Below, one piece after another: positions 46,437 to 57,184 of a stretch of 64,000 bases of DNA. How positions within the stretch are numbered: position 1 is the first letter of the stretch; each line of letters starts with the position of its first letter. Source of the DNA: a virus. The stretch spans positions 32,858-96,857 of the IMG/VR virus record IMGVR_UViG_3300044675_001894; one strand, given 5' to 3'. The notes beneath the pieces were generated by a model, which ran no database searches, was not told where the DNA came from, and worked only from the letters and a program-made list of their open reading frames with translations. The position numbers were made by a program, and so were the translations under genes.

Positions 46437-48055
46437 AAAGCCTTTCCAGGAATCCAATCAAACATCACTTGATACTTAGGCTGTCCGCTTTCAGTACCCA
46501 GCATTGTAACTGGAAGGATCTGGGGAAGCAATCGCTCAATAGCGTCTTGGGTTTTCTTTCGGTTTGTTGTATACGTGGAGTAAGACGCTTGGTCTGTGCC
46601 CGACCATAGATAGTCAGAACTAAACCCTTGATACAAGAATCCTCCAAACACGGTGTCCCCGTCAAAGAATTGACCGACCTTGTTTGGTTCAACCATCCAT
46701 CGTGACAGTGTCACAGATTGGTTTGCACTTAGTTTAAACACAAACACAGGTCGTTTAGTGCCAGAAGCGCTTGACGCCATTTGGTATGCATAACGTCCTG
46801 TTACCCCTACAGGAACGCTGGCACCAGCCGTTGTGGCAGACCAATCAGACCATGACGCACCTGATGACCAATACCCACCATAGGTAACCTCTGGGGGACT
46901 ATTTACATCAACAGACATATAGTATGAACGGTCTGTTTCCATAGGTACGGCTGTTTTACACATAACGGCTACTTTTGTAGCAGTAGCACCTGCTGTGATT
47001 GTAATGCCTTCCGCAGGGGCTGTGCTAACCGTTGTGGAGTTTTCTGAGTACACCTGCCATGTTGTTCCACTTGTTCCTGCAAAACGAGGATCAGAAATTA
47101 AGTTTGATCGTTCTGCATGAATTGCAAATGTGTAATAGGGGGCACTTGCTCCAGTAAACAGTGTGACATCACTACCACCTACCGCAGTAATGAAGGCTTC
47201 TGTAGTTTGTAAAGTCCCTTTGTTTCTGCGAAGGTGCCCAATGTCGTGGAGTAACGCACGGGTTCTAGATACGCCAATGTCAGAGACACCAATCTCAAGA
47301 CCAAGCATTTTGGCAAGTTCGTCAATGGCTTCGGCTTCTGCAAGTAGTGGATCGTATTGAACCATCATGGTGTCAACCAAGGTGCGAGTGCGGTCTAACT
47401 CAAATCCAAAAGTGTCTATAAATCTATAGAGTTGGTTATCGTTTGAAATGTCTTGCTCACGGTAATACGTAGGAATCCGTTTCCACATGTCACCACGAGA
47501 TCCGTAATCTTTAGGAACAATGATTTCAAGTTGCGCCAACATCTGATAGTAATAAGTACCACTTTCGCCTTCAGTGTTAAAGTAAGCAAACAAAGAATAG
47601 TAAGCCCATTTACCTGTCTCAGGCTCAAAAGTTGTTTCAATCCCTTGGTCAGTTGTTATTTGGATTGGCTCTTGATGTAAATAAGAGTTAGCGGTACCTT
47701 GGTAGATCAGTTTTCCATCGGTAACTGTTTGTGGGTACCCTGTTTTTGAATACACAACGGCTACGTTAAGTATTCCAGAATCACCTACTCCAATATCCGC
47801 AATATCAGAAAATGCTTCGGTCAAAGTCCAGTCAAGCAACACAGCATTGTACTCAATAGCGATTGCTTCAAATAATGATTCTGGAGTTGTTGGGACTACT
47901 GCAATAATGTCCGTTGAGCGGATAGCAGAGTCTTGGTCAAGAGAAGATGCTCCAGCAGTCGTCTGTAGGGCACTGGTACCTCTTACAAATGAACCAACAC
48001 CAACCGTATCTCCAGATACAATTGGGCGCCTAAGCCTAAAAGATTGACGTGCCAT
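46433..48055 (-). CDS. baseplate wedge/tail protein (P2 gpI-like domain)
   Basis: IP.YYR..D...L.RF...FG.ELD and R.KGT; follows baseplate J. Confidence 0.75.
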   Translation of the reverse strand: MARQSFRLRRPIVSGDTVGVGSFVRGTSALQTTAGASSLDQDSAIRSTDIIAVVPTTPESLFEAIAIEYNAVLLDWTLTEAFSDIADIGVGDSGILNVAVVYSKTGYPQTVTDGKLIYQGTANSYLHQEPIQITTDQGIETTFEPETGKWAYYSLFAYFNTEGESGTYYYQMLAQLEIIVPKDYGSRGDMWKRIPTYYREQDISNDNQLYRFIDTFGFELDRTRTLVDTMMVQYDPLLAEAEAIDELAKMLGLEIGVSDIGVSRTRALLHDIGHLRRNKGTLQTTEAFITAVGGSDVTLFTGASAPYYTFAIHAERSNLISDPRFAGTSGTTWQVYSENSTTVSTAPAEGITITAGATATKVAVMCKTAVPMETDRSYYMSVDVNSPPEVTYGGYWSSGASWSDWSATTAGASVPVGVTGRYAYQMASSASGTKRPVFVFKLSANQSVTLSRWMVEPNKVGQFFDGDTVFGGFLYQGFSSDYLWSGTDQASYSTYTTNRKKTQDAIERLLPQILPVTMLGTESGQPKYQVMFDWIPGKAL

Positions 48056-48058
48056 TTA

Positions 48059-49633
48059 TCAGCCTCCTGAGGCGATGATGCCACCACTTGGGTTAATAGT
48101 AAAGGTAGATGATGAGGCAATAGTCAACAAAGACGTGTCTGGTGCTATTACCCCAGTAAACCCACCACTACTATCAATCACATTACTGCTTGTTGTAGTA
48201 AAACGAGTAACAACGGCATAGTCAACACCTTGAATATCCAGAATTGTTCGGTAAACAGTACCTAGTGACACACGTCCACCAAAGTCCATATTGTCAAAAG
48301 AGAACAACTCACGAATGGCTGCAACCACATTGTCGTTTACTGCCTCCTGGATATACCCATCTTGTACTTGGACGTTTGCAACAAAGTTTACTTTTGTCAA
48401 ACTTACAGAAGCGCCAACGTTTGATGAAGCAAATACGATCTCTCTTGGCTCTAGGTAATCAATAATTTCTTGTTGTTTAGTGGCGCTAAGGGCAAGGGTT
48501 AATGCTGAACCATAATCTGATGGTTCTTCTAAGGCCAGTACTTGAACGATGTTACTACCGTCAACGTATGCTGTTGAACGCACAATACCAGGAATTCTCT
48601 TTACAATGTCTTTGTAGTCTTGAAGGGATACTGCACGATCTTGTGTTCTAAACGATGCAGGGATATTTGCTTTTAGAGAAGCCATTGATTCAATGTCAAC
48701 ACCACCAGAAGCCACAACAGTGTTAGGTATAACACGAATACCATCAAGTGCTGGCTTATTTAAAACGGTAGTGCTTTCTAAAGTAGTGATTGCACCAACA
48801 ACTACGTTTCCAGCAGATCCACGACTACGGCGATACTCAATAGTTATAGAAGCGTTAGTAGTAGGAATCTTCCCGTTAATACCGTTTCCAAAAGAAACAA
48901 TGGTGTAGTTGTCCGCATCAATATCTACAGTGAATATCTTAGAACCACTATTACCATCAATGATACGTGCAGAGTATGCGTATCTTACGTCTGATTCATT
49001 AGGACCTTCACCAACATTAACAAGTATGCTTCCTGTAACAACTCCACTTTGGCGAAGCGTTATTCGCTGACCAGCAAGACCTGTAGCCGTATATGTTTCA
49101 GTAAATCGTTCACCTTCAGTAACTACAGCAGAAACAGTTGTTGTCTTTGGGTATGTCGCATACGTAACACCATCTGACACAATGTTGGCACTTGCTCCAG
49201 ATACTGTTCCCACAAAGGCAATAGGGGTATTTAAAGTAAACACAACACTAGTAGCGGTATCTACTAATGGAGACGCTAAGAAACGGGTGTATTGGGGAAT
49301 AAAAATAGGAGTTGAGTCTGTAGCCGTAGTCAGGGTGGCGTCCAATTGAATGGTTGCAGTAGCAGGGCGTCGTCCTGTAGGGACGTAATCTAGTAAGTTT
49401 GCAATAGCAAGTACACTTTCACGTTGTGTGGCTGTGTCTAGAAATGACTCACCAGCGGCACGGTCTACGTAATAATGAAGGACATCCCCCATGTACGACC
49501 ACAAGTCAACCATGACCATACCAAAGTCAGAAGACTCACGTGATGTCCATTCTGGTATTTGTCTTGATGCACGTGCAAGCAAGTCTGTTTGAATAGCCGC
49601 ATAATCACGACTTGTATAGTCAAAAGTTGTCAT
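48059..49633 (-). CDS. baseplate wedge protein (gpJ/T4 gp6-like)
   Basis: DYTSRDY, PEWT....SDFG and RAVSLQDY. Confidence 0.9.
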   Translation of the reverse strand: MTTFDYTSRDYAAIQTDLLARASRQIPEWTSRESSDFGMVMVDLWSYMGDVLHYYVDRAAGESFLDTATQRESVLAIANLLDYVPTGRRPATATIQLDATLTTATDSTPIFIPQYTRFLASPLVDTATSVVFTLNTPIAFVGTVSGASANIVSDGVTYATYPKTTTVSAVVTEGERFTETYTATGLAGQRITLRQSGVVTGSILVNVGEGPNESDVRYAYSARIIDGNSGSKIFTVDIDADNYTIVSFGNGINGKIPTTNASITIEYRRSRGSAGNVVVGAITTLESTTVLNKPALDGIRVIPNTVVASGGVDIESMASLKANIPASFRTQDRAVSLQDYKDIVKRIPGIVRSTAYVDGSNIVQVLALEEPSDYGSALTLALSATKQQEIIDYLEPREIVFASSNVGASVSLTKVNFVANVQVQDGYIQEAVNDNVVAAIRELFSFDNMDFGGRVSLGTVYRTILDIQGVDYAVVTRFTTTSSNVIDSSGGFTGVIAPDTSLLTIASSSTFTINPSGGIIASGG

Positions 49634-50043
49634 ATCAAAGACTCCTCAGTAAGGCCATTAGGTGTTGCTATTTTAAAAGAAAACACTCTGCTAGTAGACA
49701 TAGCCATGCTGTACTGGACTTTAATTTCAATAACTACAGAGGGGTCTTCATCTACGTATGGGTTTTCAGAAGGTTGGATAAGCATATTGTTAATAGACGC
49801 CATGGTTAAATGTTTATTTAATTCCATTAAAGCATCTGTTTTGAACTCTCCATAAATCAGGTCGTCAACTGGTTCATAGAGTAATTGCGTGGCACCAGCA
49901 CCATATGTTGGGCGCATTACCCGTTCAAATTTAGAAGTCGTCAAAACATCTATAATTTGTTGCTCTACAATCCGTTCTGGGGTATTGGTTTTAGCAACCC
50001 TTCCCGAACTTTCAATTCTAAATGGCGTGTATATAGATGGCAT
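49630..50043 (-). CDS. baseplate gp25/gpW-like protein
   Basis: L.T...ERVMRP.YG. Confidence 0.88.
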   Translation of the reverse strand: MPSIYTPFRIESSGRVAKTNTPERIVEQQIIDVLTTSKFERVMRPTYGAGATQLLYEPVDDLIYGEFKTDALMELNKHLTMASINNMLIQPSENPYVDEDPSVVIEIKVQYSMAMSTSRVFSFKIATPNGLTEESLI

Positions 50044-50045
50044 AA

Positions 50046-50471
50046 TTAATTAAATACTCCTAAAAGAAATGCGTCTTTGTATGACTCTAGTTCAGTTATA
50101 CGACCTGTGATACTAGAGATAGATGATGTATTAGAACCTACAGTTGTTTGTAGAGTTCCTACGTCAGATTGCAATGTGTCTACATCTGAAGTTACTGCGT
50201 CTATCTGTGCCTGTATACCTGTTAACGAAGTGGTGGGATCAGGGGCTACCTGAAGCCAAAACAGGTTAGTAAGGTTGGCATCGTCAGCAGTGACTACAAT
50301 TTGTGAACCTATTGATGGAACAGCCCAGACTCCATTATACGCTGTCCGTCCTACATAAGAAATAGGCAAAGCGCCGTCAACACCTGCTAATACAGGCACC
50401 CGAACCTTTATTTCTCCAGTAACACTATTAGAGTAAATAACGGTTCCACGATAAACAGGGGCATCAAACAT
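50046..50471 (-). CDS. baseplate spike (gpV/gp5 OB-fold) with coiled-coil tail
   Basis: YRG.V, G.IKVRVP and P.IGSQ.VV. Confidence 0.7.
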   Translation of the reverse strand: MFDAPVYRGTVIYSNSVTGEIKVRVPVLAGVDGALPISYVGRTAYNGVWAVPSIGSQIVVTADDANLTNLFWLQVAPDPTTSLTGIQAQIDAVTSDVDTLQSDVGTLQTTVGSNTSSISSITGRITELESYKDAFLLGVFN

Positions 50472-51633
50472 AGATGTCACCGTATGCCTTAGAAGATAGC
50501 CAAATCCCATCAAGTAGTGTTGGGGATGGGGGGTCAACATATGCAGCAACTGGAACAACCTCGGGGTTTTTACCGCTTGTTGAATCTGTAGAAATGTTTA
50601 GTTCTGTTAGGAAGTTAGATCTAGTTACAGTATGGCGTACTGAACGGACCAACCAGTACCCATCAAAATTAGAATCGTAATTGTCAATCTTTGCAATAGA
50701 CCCTGGTACGGGATCTGGGGTTCCCGTAACAATTACTTTGGCGTTGTATGGGTAGTGCTTACGAATTGCTGAATTTGCAAACTTATTTAACATTTCTAAT
50801 GACGATACGTTAACGTTTACAGTTGTTGTGTATCGTGATGGTACTGCCTCACCTAAACGACTGTATTCCATGTCATCTGGTGATGTTGTAATAGCCCTAC
50901 CTGAGGCATCTACTCCTACATAATTAACTTTATTTGAATCACCGTCTGGGGTAACATCTCCAAAAGTACCTGTAAATTCCATAATGCGTCCTGGAACATA
51001 GTCTAAATCTCCATAAGCACCACGAACCGTAACTAGTTCAACGTATGGTAGTCCACGTCCTAACGCTTTAAATGGATCATAAACATGGATGTGGGTGCCA
51101 TTAGTAGTTAAAGAGTACCCAAGAGATGAACAAGTCTCTTGAAGGAAAGCCCAATCAGACTGTTGGTTTTGTAACAATCTTTTCCAAACAAAGTATTCTG
51201 CTGGTACAGAATATGAATAATTATAAGTAGTTGCTAAAGATTCAACAATGTTTGTAAGCGTTGTATTTTCCCAAACTTTGTTCTTGCTATTAGACATGGT
51301 GTAACTGGCGCCTAAACAAACAACAGTTGCAGATTGCACTGGGCTGTTATTAATTAAACCCTTCCTTGTAATCATCTCAGGTTCTATATAAGTGACGTAT
51401 CCATAGAAGGTTGTGACTTGTGCTGGGCTTACTGAAATAGATATGTAGACAGGGGTGCCAACATAATCAGTAATGGCTTTTGGTAATAACCCAACAAACT
51501 CAATAGTTGCCATGTCATGTTTGTTTTCAGCAATGTCAATAATGACAGTTTGAATAGATGTGTAATCAACAGATACACCACTGAACACGACAGAGACATC
51601 TGGGGAATTAGGAAAAGCACTTTTAAAAATCAT
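50464..51633 (-). CDS. baseplate hub (gpD/VgrG-like)
   Basis: Q..QSDW.FL and G.W.V.SVRH. Confidence 0.8.
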   Translation of the reverse strand: MIFKSAFPNSPDVSVVFSGVSVDYTSIQTVIIDIAENKHDMATIEFVGLLPKAITDYVGTPVYISISVSPAQVTTFYGYVTYIEPEMITRKGLINNSPVQSATVVCLGASYTMSNSKNKVWENTTLTNIVESLATTYNYSYSVPAEYFVWKRLLQNQQSDWAFLQETCSSLGYSLTTNGTHIHVYDPFKALGRGLPYVELVTVRGAYGDLDYVPGRIMEFTGTFGDVTPDGDSNKVNYVGVDASGRAITTSPDDMEYSRLGEAVPSRYTTTVNVNVSSLEMLNKFANSAIRKHYPYNAKVIVTGTPDPVPGSIAKIDNYDSNFDGYWLVRSVRHTVTRSNFLTELNISTDSTSGKNPEVVPVAAYVDPPSPTLLDGIWLSSKAYGDIYV

Positions 51634-51881
51634 GATGGAATTCTAAGGTACGTACCTACTGGAATCTCATTAGGAAACTTAACTTGAGGGTTAAGATTAG
51701 CAATACGCCAGTATTGACTAGGGTCTCTATAAATACGTGTGGCAATATTGTCAAAAGTATCACCAGACCTAGATACATATGGGGTGTACTCTTCTGATGA
51801 TATTTGTTTAGGAATAGCAAGCAACGTAGAGGTACTTGGATCCCTGTAAGTCGTGTAGCGTGATGAGGAATTAAGAGCCAT
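51630..51881 (-). CDS. LysM/tail X-like baseplate protein
   Basis: GDTFD.IA...Y.DP..YW.IA..NP...G..LRIP. Confidence 0.85.
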   Translation of the reverse strand: MALNSSSRYTTYRDPSTSTLLAIPKQISSEEYTPYVSRSGDTFDNIATRIYRDPSQYWRIANLNPQVKFPNEIPVGTYLRIPS

Positions 51882-53517
51882 TTTCTAACTCCGCTATTTC
51901 TGTGTCTCCATACTTTTTACCATTCATTGAGTCTGCCATGAACCAAATTTCTCCATAAAGCATTGACTGCTTTTCTGCTACACCTACTTGAGGCGCTGTA
52001 ACACTTCCAGTAGCACTTTCTAGTGTAAAGAAAACCGTGGCTTTTATTTTATATTTAGCATTAGACGCTCTATCAAAAGATTTAGAAGTGGTATCTTTTG
52101 GGTTTTCAATCTTAAAGGTAATCGTGTCTCTACCTTTACCCACATCGGTCATATTGCATGTTCCATTGATAGTTGTTTCAAATGCTGTTTGATTAATACC
52201 ATATGCAAGATTAGTTGCAGGATCACCTGACGTCCTACCTAAATAGGTCATCAGTATATGAATATGTGGAGTAATTGTTCCCTTTTTTTCTTTTGCCCAA
52301 GTTTTAGTAGACTCACTAAAAGAAACACTTACTTTCAAATCCGTTGTACCATCTCCGTCATCATTAAAGATTCTAAATGCATTTAAAACGTATGCATCTT
52401 TAGTAGTAAAGAATGATTGTAAGGTTTCGTAATCTTTAGTTAAGTCTTCACCTAGTTTTTTAAGAGCCTTATTTTCAGCAGTTTGATCGGTACCTGAAGA
52501 ACCATCAGAACCAAATGCAGTAGTGGCATCGTAATCTTTATACAAGGTAGTAAGGTACGTATCTTTATTAGCAAATCCAATATACATTGCTTGCATCTGT
52601 ACTGATATCTGACACTGTGTTGGAACCATTGCCGTATTAAACTTATTAAATACAACTGCCGTGCTAGTTATAAACCCTTCAACCATAAAACTAGAAGAAA
52701 ACACAACACGTATTGGTTGAGCAATTAAAAACGCTGAGTTTCCAATGTTCGTTCCTAAAAAGATTTCAGTTTTACTCTTATCAAAAGGTATTTCTTTATC
52801 CTCTTCATCCTCCGTACCCCCTCCAGGGTTTGCAAGGTTGTAAGCAGACGTAACTTCTCCTGCCCGTGTAACAATTGCTTCTATCAATCCTTTATTCATC
52901 CCTTGACCAATAATTTGATCAAAGACCATAAGGTCGGCAAGTACCCCAATATCTGTAACCCATGACTGGTCATAAGGATTGTCTTCAAATCCTATAGTGG
53001 TCTTTTTTGGCCTTGATGGGTGCCCACCACCTGAGTTTGTAATTACTTCTCTTGATATGTTTGCTGCTTTTTCATTTTTTACAACTTTTCCGTTGTTGTT
53101 TCTGTAAGAACCACTAACCAACTCTGCTTCTCTGTTGAACAGCAGATCAAATGAGAAGTTTGCATCACCAGGGATTGGTTGAGTAAATTGAAAAGGATCC
53201 TGGTTTTGCCACATTTGAATGTCATTACGGGCAGAAACCATTCTGGTTAAAGTGTCTGGATTAAATTGAAAATGAAGCCTACGATTATGTAAAAGGCTGT
53301 CTGCTCCCAAAGCGTCACCATATGCAGATGTAATCATCTTCATGTAGCCACGTTGTATTTTGGTAGTACCCTCTGGACCTATCGCAGCATTTTTATTTAC
53401 ATCGTTAGGCCATATAAACTTTGGGTTATCTTGTGTTGTCCTATTTGAGGCTTTTCCAATACCTGGCTCATAGTTTCCAAAGTTATAAAATTGGTTTGTT
53501 GCATAACGATCAGCCAT
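51871..53517 (-). CDS. tube-initiator-like baseplate protein with C-terminal extension
   Basis: FQFNP, F.LLFNR; follows the tape measure gene. Confidence 0.6.
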   Translation of the reverse strand: MADRYATNQFYNFGNYEPGIGKASNRTTQDNPKFIWPNDVNKNAAIGPEGTTKIQRGYMKMITSAYGDALGADSLLHNRRLHFQFNPDTLTRMVSARNDIQMWQNQDPFQFTQPIPGDANFSFDLLFNREAELVSGSYRNNNGKVVKNEKAANISREVITNSGGGHPSRPKKTTIGFEDNPYDQSWVTDIGVLADLMVFDQIIGQGMNKGLIEAIVTRAGEVTSAYNLANPGGGTEDEEDKEIPFDKSKTEIFLGTNIGNSAFLIAQPIRVVFSSSFMVEGFITSTAVVFNKFNTAMVPTQCQISVQMQAMYIGFANKDTYLTTLYKDYDATTAFGSDGSSGTDQTAENKALKKLGEDLTKDYETLQSFFTTKDAYVLNAFRIFNDDGDGTTDLKVSVSFSESTKTWAKEKKGTITPHIHILMTYLGRTSGDPATNLAYGINQTAFETTINGTCNMTDVGKGRDTITFKIENPKDTTSKSFDRASNAKYKIKATVFFTLESATGSVTAPQVGVAEKQSMLYGEIWFMADSMNGKKYGDTEIAELENGS

Positions 53518-56222
53518 TAGTAACTCCTCATAGCAGCACGCTTAAGATCTTGGGTCATTATCTTGGCAACTTCCTGAGCGGCACGTTGAGCATCAGCAAC
53601 GTTACTACCTGTGCTTTGGATATAAATGTTTGGTGCAATAGTAATACCACCGCCTGAAACTACTGTAGTTCCTCCCCCACCACTACGCATAGGTGTTGTA
53701 GGGTCACCTGTAGTAGGGAGGTTCATGCTTTGGGCGATCTTCTTACTTTGCGCCATAGCACCTGGATCTATTCCATTTTTCCAATCGCCCTTAACATTCC
53801 ATGGGCTTAAGTTGCCACCACCGTAAGTAATACGTGCGGCTTTAATATTTATCTTTGGATCAAACAGTTCACCATCTTCAGAGATGCCAAATTGCTTACG
53901 GCGAGCCTCTCCTAAATAGCCTTTCATGTTTATTTGGAAGAGACCGTAGGAGTCATCAACAGGTCCAACGTTTCTTACAGAAGGGATCCAACGTGATTCT
54001 CTGTTGGAGATAGCAAGCATCTTCCAAATATCTTCTCTTTTAAAACCACGGCGTAAAAGGATCTCAGCAATAGATCGTGGGTCCATAGGACTACCAGTCG
54101 TAACAGACCCTGATGTTTGAGTTGATGTACTAGCGGACCCGATGTTACGAACACGCTTACCAGTCATCATGCGTCCGCCGCCACCACCCCCTCCACTTAG
54201 TCCTGTAGCGGCTTTAAAAGCCATGACTTGCTCACTAAGCCCCATTTGGCTAAATGAAGGAACTGCGCCACCACCGCTTGATTTCATTAAAGCATCAGAA
54301 ACACCACCATCTGAAGACATTCCTTCAAACTTGCTGTTTGGGTCAAACTGTTCTGCACCAGCAATAGTTCCCCATGGAGCGCCTGCTTTTTCGTATTGCC
54401 TTCTACTGTTTGGTAGTTCTGCTGGCTGTACGTGCCAAGGTTCATCGTTAACATCCGCAAATGTCTTTAGACCATACTTAGCCGCATTTTGTTGAACCCA
54501 TGCAAGGTCACCCGTAAGGTCAGCCGCAAGTCCAATTTCGTGCATAGACATTCCTGGAGGAGCCGCATCGGCTACACCTGAGTTTTTCTTCCAGTATGCA
54601 CCATCCCAGAAAGTCCCTGTCTTTTCTGATGTGCGTGAGTAACGTGACAAGAACAAAGTCCGCTGTTGTGCACTTGAACGAAACCCACCACCAACAGAAA
54701 CGTTGGGGTTATCTTGCATCATCTTTTCAAGACGCTGTCTAAAGGTTGTATTTAAACTGTTTAAAGAAGATGAAGTCTTTCTAGTGGTGCTTACAGTGGC
54801 ACCTTTATTATTACTCTTTGTTTCAGTACCATCACCTGTAAAAGCACTACCAAACATGGTAAGTCCACTAGCCGCTAAACCAAGACCTAGTGGGGCACCA
54901 GCACCAGTAAACCCAATTGCTGCTCCACCACCCATCATTGCCAACCCAGCAACGCCTTTAAGTGCACGCATACCAATAGAACCACGTGTAGAAATACGCT
55001 TACCAATAAGACCTGACGCCATTTCTTCCATAGCGGTCTTTAACTCAATCAGCGCTTGAGTGTTCTTTTCCATTGTTGCAAGGTTGTCTTTTTGACGGTT
55101 GTAATACTTCTCATCACGCAGTTCTGACAAGCGAGTAGTCTCTTCACGCTGTGTAGCAAAGTTGGCTTCAATACCCATGGCTTGGCGTTGTGCTTTGTTC
55201 TCAGGGTTATACATACCCTGACGACCGCCAGTTTTCTTTTGGAACTGTACGTTTGACTGAGCGTACTGAAGAACAAGGTCTTGCATGTCCTCAGGAACAC
55301 CCATAGCGCTCAAACGAGCACGGGTCATAGATCCTTGTTGCATAGCGCCCTGTACAGTTCGTGCATTGGTTAAACCAGCACCACGGGTAATACCTTGGAA
55401 TACCTCGGTCATTGAACGTTGTTTACCACCAATGCCATACAAGCCTGTACCAAGAGTCATGGTCATACGGTTGTTTACTTGTGGTGATGCAAGTGTTTGA
55501 AGCATCTGAGCCATTTGGTCAGTGCTAAATGAATAACCAGATACGGCTCGCATACCTGCTACGGCATTGGCTTGTGTGCTTGCTTGAATACCTGTACGTG
55601 CCTGTAAGGCTAAAAGGCTATTGATACCGCCAGCACCTAAACGTGCACCCTGTATTCCTTTTCTATAATCGTTGTAATACTGCTGTTGGCTGATACCTTG
55701 TGTCTGCTGGTACAGAACAGCCAATTGATCGTTCTGTAGCATTCGTGGGTATGCAGAGTTAGTGCGGGCATCAATACCACCCAGTATCTGCCCACCCACT
55801 TGCATTGCAGTATTTGCGGCACTTGCATAACCCGCACCTCCACCACTGCCAAGAGCACCACGCATGTTGGCAAAGAAGCCACCACCGCCACCACCCATAG
55901 CGGCGGCAGAAGCAATAGGAGCACTACCAACTTGTGCTTTGGATGAAGCGATCGCTTGAGCGATAGCCCCGCTTGAAGACATTGCGGAAGTAGAAGAAGC
56001 ACCAGTCTTACCAGTTGCATTTTTAAGTGCGTTTGCAAAAGCATTAATTTGTGCAGTTGCTTTATCCAAGCGTGCAGAGAACTTATCAACAAGTTTAGGA
56101 ACTTGGGCAAGTGTTAAAGCGGCATCACCTTTACCTGCTGTTGGGGCAGGGACAAACGAGTCAACAGCAGAGCCACCAAACGCCCCACCACCAATGTTCG
56201 CTTCATTAGGCATTTCCGCCAT
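53517..56222 (-). CDS. tape measure protein with M15-type peptidase and lysozyme-like domains
   Basis: Ala/Gly-rich; GFRS..QQ, PPG.SMHEIGLAAD, EPWHVQ; RES, SYGLFQIN. Confidence 0.88.
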   Translation of the reverse strand: MAEMPNEANIGGGAFGGSAVDSFVPAPTAGKGDAALTLAQVPKLVDKFSARLDKATAQINAFANALKNATGKTGASSTSAMSSSGAIAQAIASSKAQVGSAPIASAAAMGGGGGGFFANMRGALGSGGGAGYASAANTAMQVGGQILGGIDARTNSAYPRMLQNDQLAVLYQQTQGISQQQYYNDYRKGIQGARLGAGGINSLLALQARTGIQASTQANAVAGMRAVSGYSFSTDQMAQMLQTLASPQVNNRMTMTLGTGLYGIGGKQRSMTEVFQGITRGAGLTNARTVQGAMQQGSMTRARLSAMGVPEDMQDLVLQYAQSNVQFQKKTGGRQGMYNPENKAQRQAMGIEANFATQREETTRLSELRDEKYYNRQKDNLATMEKNTQALIELKTAMEEMASGLIGKRISTRGSIGMRALKGVAGLAMMGGGAAIGFTGAGAPLGLGLAASGLTMFGSAFTGDGTETKSNNKGATVSTTRKTSSSLNSLNTTFRQRLEKMMQDNPNVSVGGGFRSSAQQRTLFLSRYSRTSEKTGTFWDGAYWKKNSGVADAAPPGMSMHEIGLAADLTGDLAWVQQNAAKYGLKTFADVNDEPWHVQPAELPNSRRQYEKAGAPWGTIAGAEQFDPNSKFEGMSSDGGVSDALMKSSGGGAVPSFSQMGLSEQVMAFKAATGLSGGGGGGGRMMTGKRVRNIGSASTSTQTSGSVTTGSPMDPRSIAEILLRRGFKREDIWKMLAISNRESRWIPSVRNVGPVDDSYGLFQINMKGYLGEARRKQFGISEDGELFDPKINIKAARITYGGGNLSPWNVKGDWKNGIDPGAMAQSKKIAQSMNLPTTGDPTTPMRSGGGGTTVVSGGGITIAPNIYIQSTGSNVADAQRAAQEVAKIMTQDLKRAAMRSY

Positions 56223-56225
56223 ACG

Positions 56226-56372
56226 TCAGTCTCCAGATTTACGCCATTTGCCCATTGCAGACCAGTAGCGCCTTTGGCGTACCGTCATATTTTGTAAGTC
56301 AGTGAGCGTGAAGCCCTTGTAAACCGTGGCGATCAGATCGTATTCCCAGTATATATGAGTTAGATTAACCAA
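56226..56372 (-). CDS. tail assembly chaperone downstream (gpT-like) ORF
   Basis: Hand-translated (L)VNLTHIYWEYDLIATVYKGFTLTDLQNMTVRQRRYW...; no ATG start; overlaps the end of the chaperone gene in the +1 frame. Confidence 0.6.
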   Translation of the reverse strand: MVNLTHIYWEYDLIATVYKGFTLTDLQNMTVRQRRYWSAMGKWRKSGD

Positions 56373-57147
56373 ATAAAAGGGATGCCCAATCAAGCGCTAG
56401 AACCATTGGTTCACCACACGTGGCGCATTGGGCATTCACCTCCCCTACGACAGGTCCTGGCTGGTTGTCCAGTAGGAGTTTGACGAGGTTGGCTCGGTCT
56501 TTTAGACCCAATCCCTTCGCCCAATTCTCAGCATTTTTAATGTGAGTGCTGGTGACACAGCGAGCAATCATAAAAGTGTTTTGCTCTGCTGTGCTTTTTG
56601 CTTTCTTGGCTACAAACTGGCTATCGCCACCTGTAGGAAGACGGAACTCTATCTCAGAACCATCGGACAACTTACCTAGCAAAGGTTTGTGTACGTCTAG
56701 ATCAGTCTTCTTGTTTTCAAATTCATCCATAGAAACAATAACGTCATTGGATGCACCGCATGCATTACAGGTAACTTGGTACTCACGGTTTTTTCCATAG
56801 GTGGCTTCAACAACCCCTAGAAAAAGCAAGTCACGATCACCAATAATAAGGTTGTCAATAACTGATGGGTGATTGGCAATTACCATAGAACCAATAGATA
56901 CAACTGCTCGCTTTAACAGCGTTGACATGTACTCGGCGTAAACCAGACTGCGGTTATCTAAGGAAGCCAATGCTTCTTCATCAAAACCGTTCAGTTCACG
57001 AACAATAGCCGTGGTGTCCCATGACCCAAGTTCGTCATTGAAAACACCACGGATAAGTTCAACTACCGTGTTTGGCGCTGGCTTCATTTCTGGAATGTCA
57101 TCTTGAATAGCCGAATTGATGGCGTCAGCCTGTTGTTTTGCGTCCAT
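56365..57147 (-). CDS. tail/baseplate assembly chaperone (T4 gp26-like)
   Basis: VRELNG.DEE, L..GDRD, C..C and RLPTG; between tube and tape measure. Confidence 0.75.
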   Translation of the reverse strand: MDAKQQADAINSAIQDDIPEMKPAPNTVVELIRGVFNDELGSWDTTAIVRELNGFDEEALASLDNRSLVYAEYMSTLLKRAVVSIGSMVIANHPSVIDNLIIGDRDLLFLGVVEATYGKNREYQVTCNACGASNDVIVSMDEFENKKTDLDVHKPLLGKLSDGSEIEFRLPTGGDSQFVAKKAKSTAEQNTFMIARCVTSTHIKNAENWAKGLGLKDRANLVKLLLDNQPGPVVGEVNAQCATCGEPMVLALDWASLLFG

Positions 57148-57184
57148 TTGTGCTCCTACTTTGTTTGACTTAATTTAACGAGTG

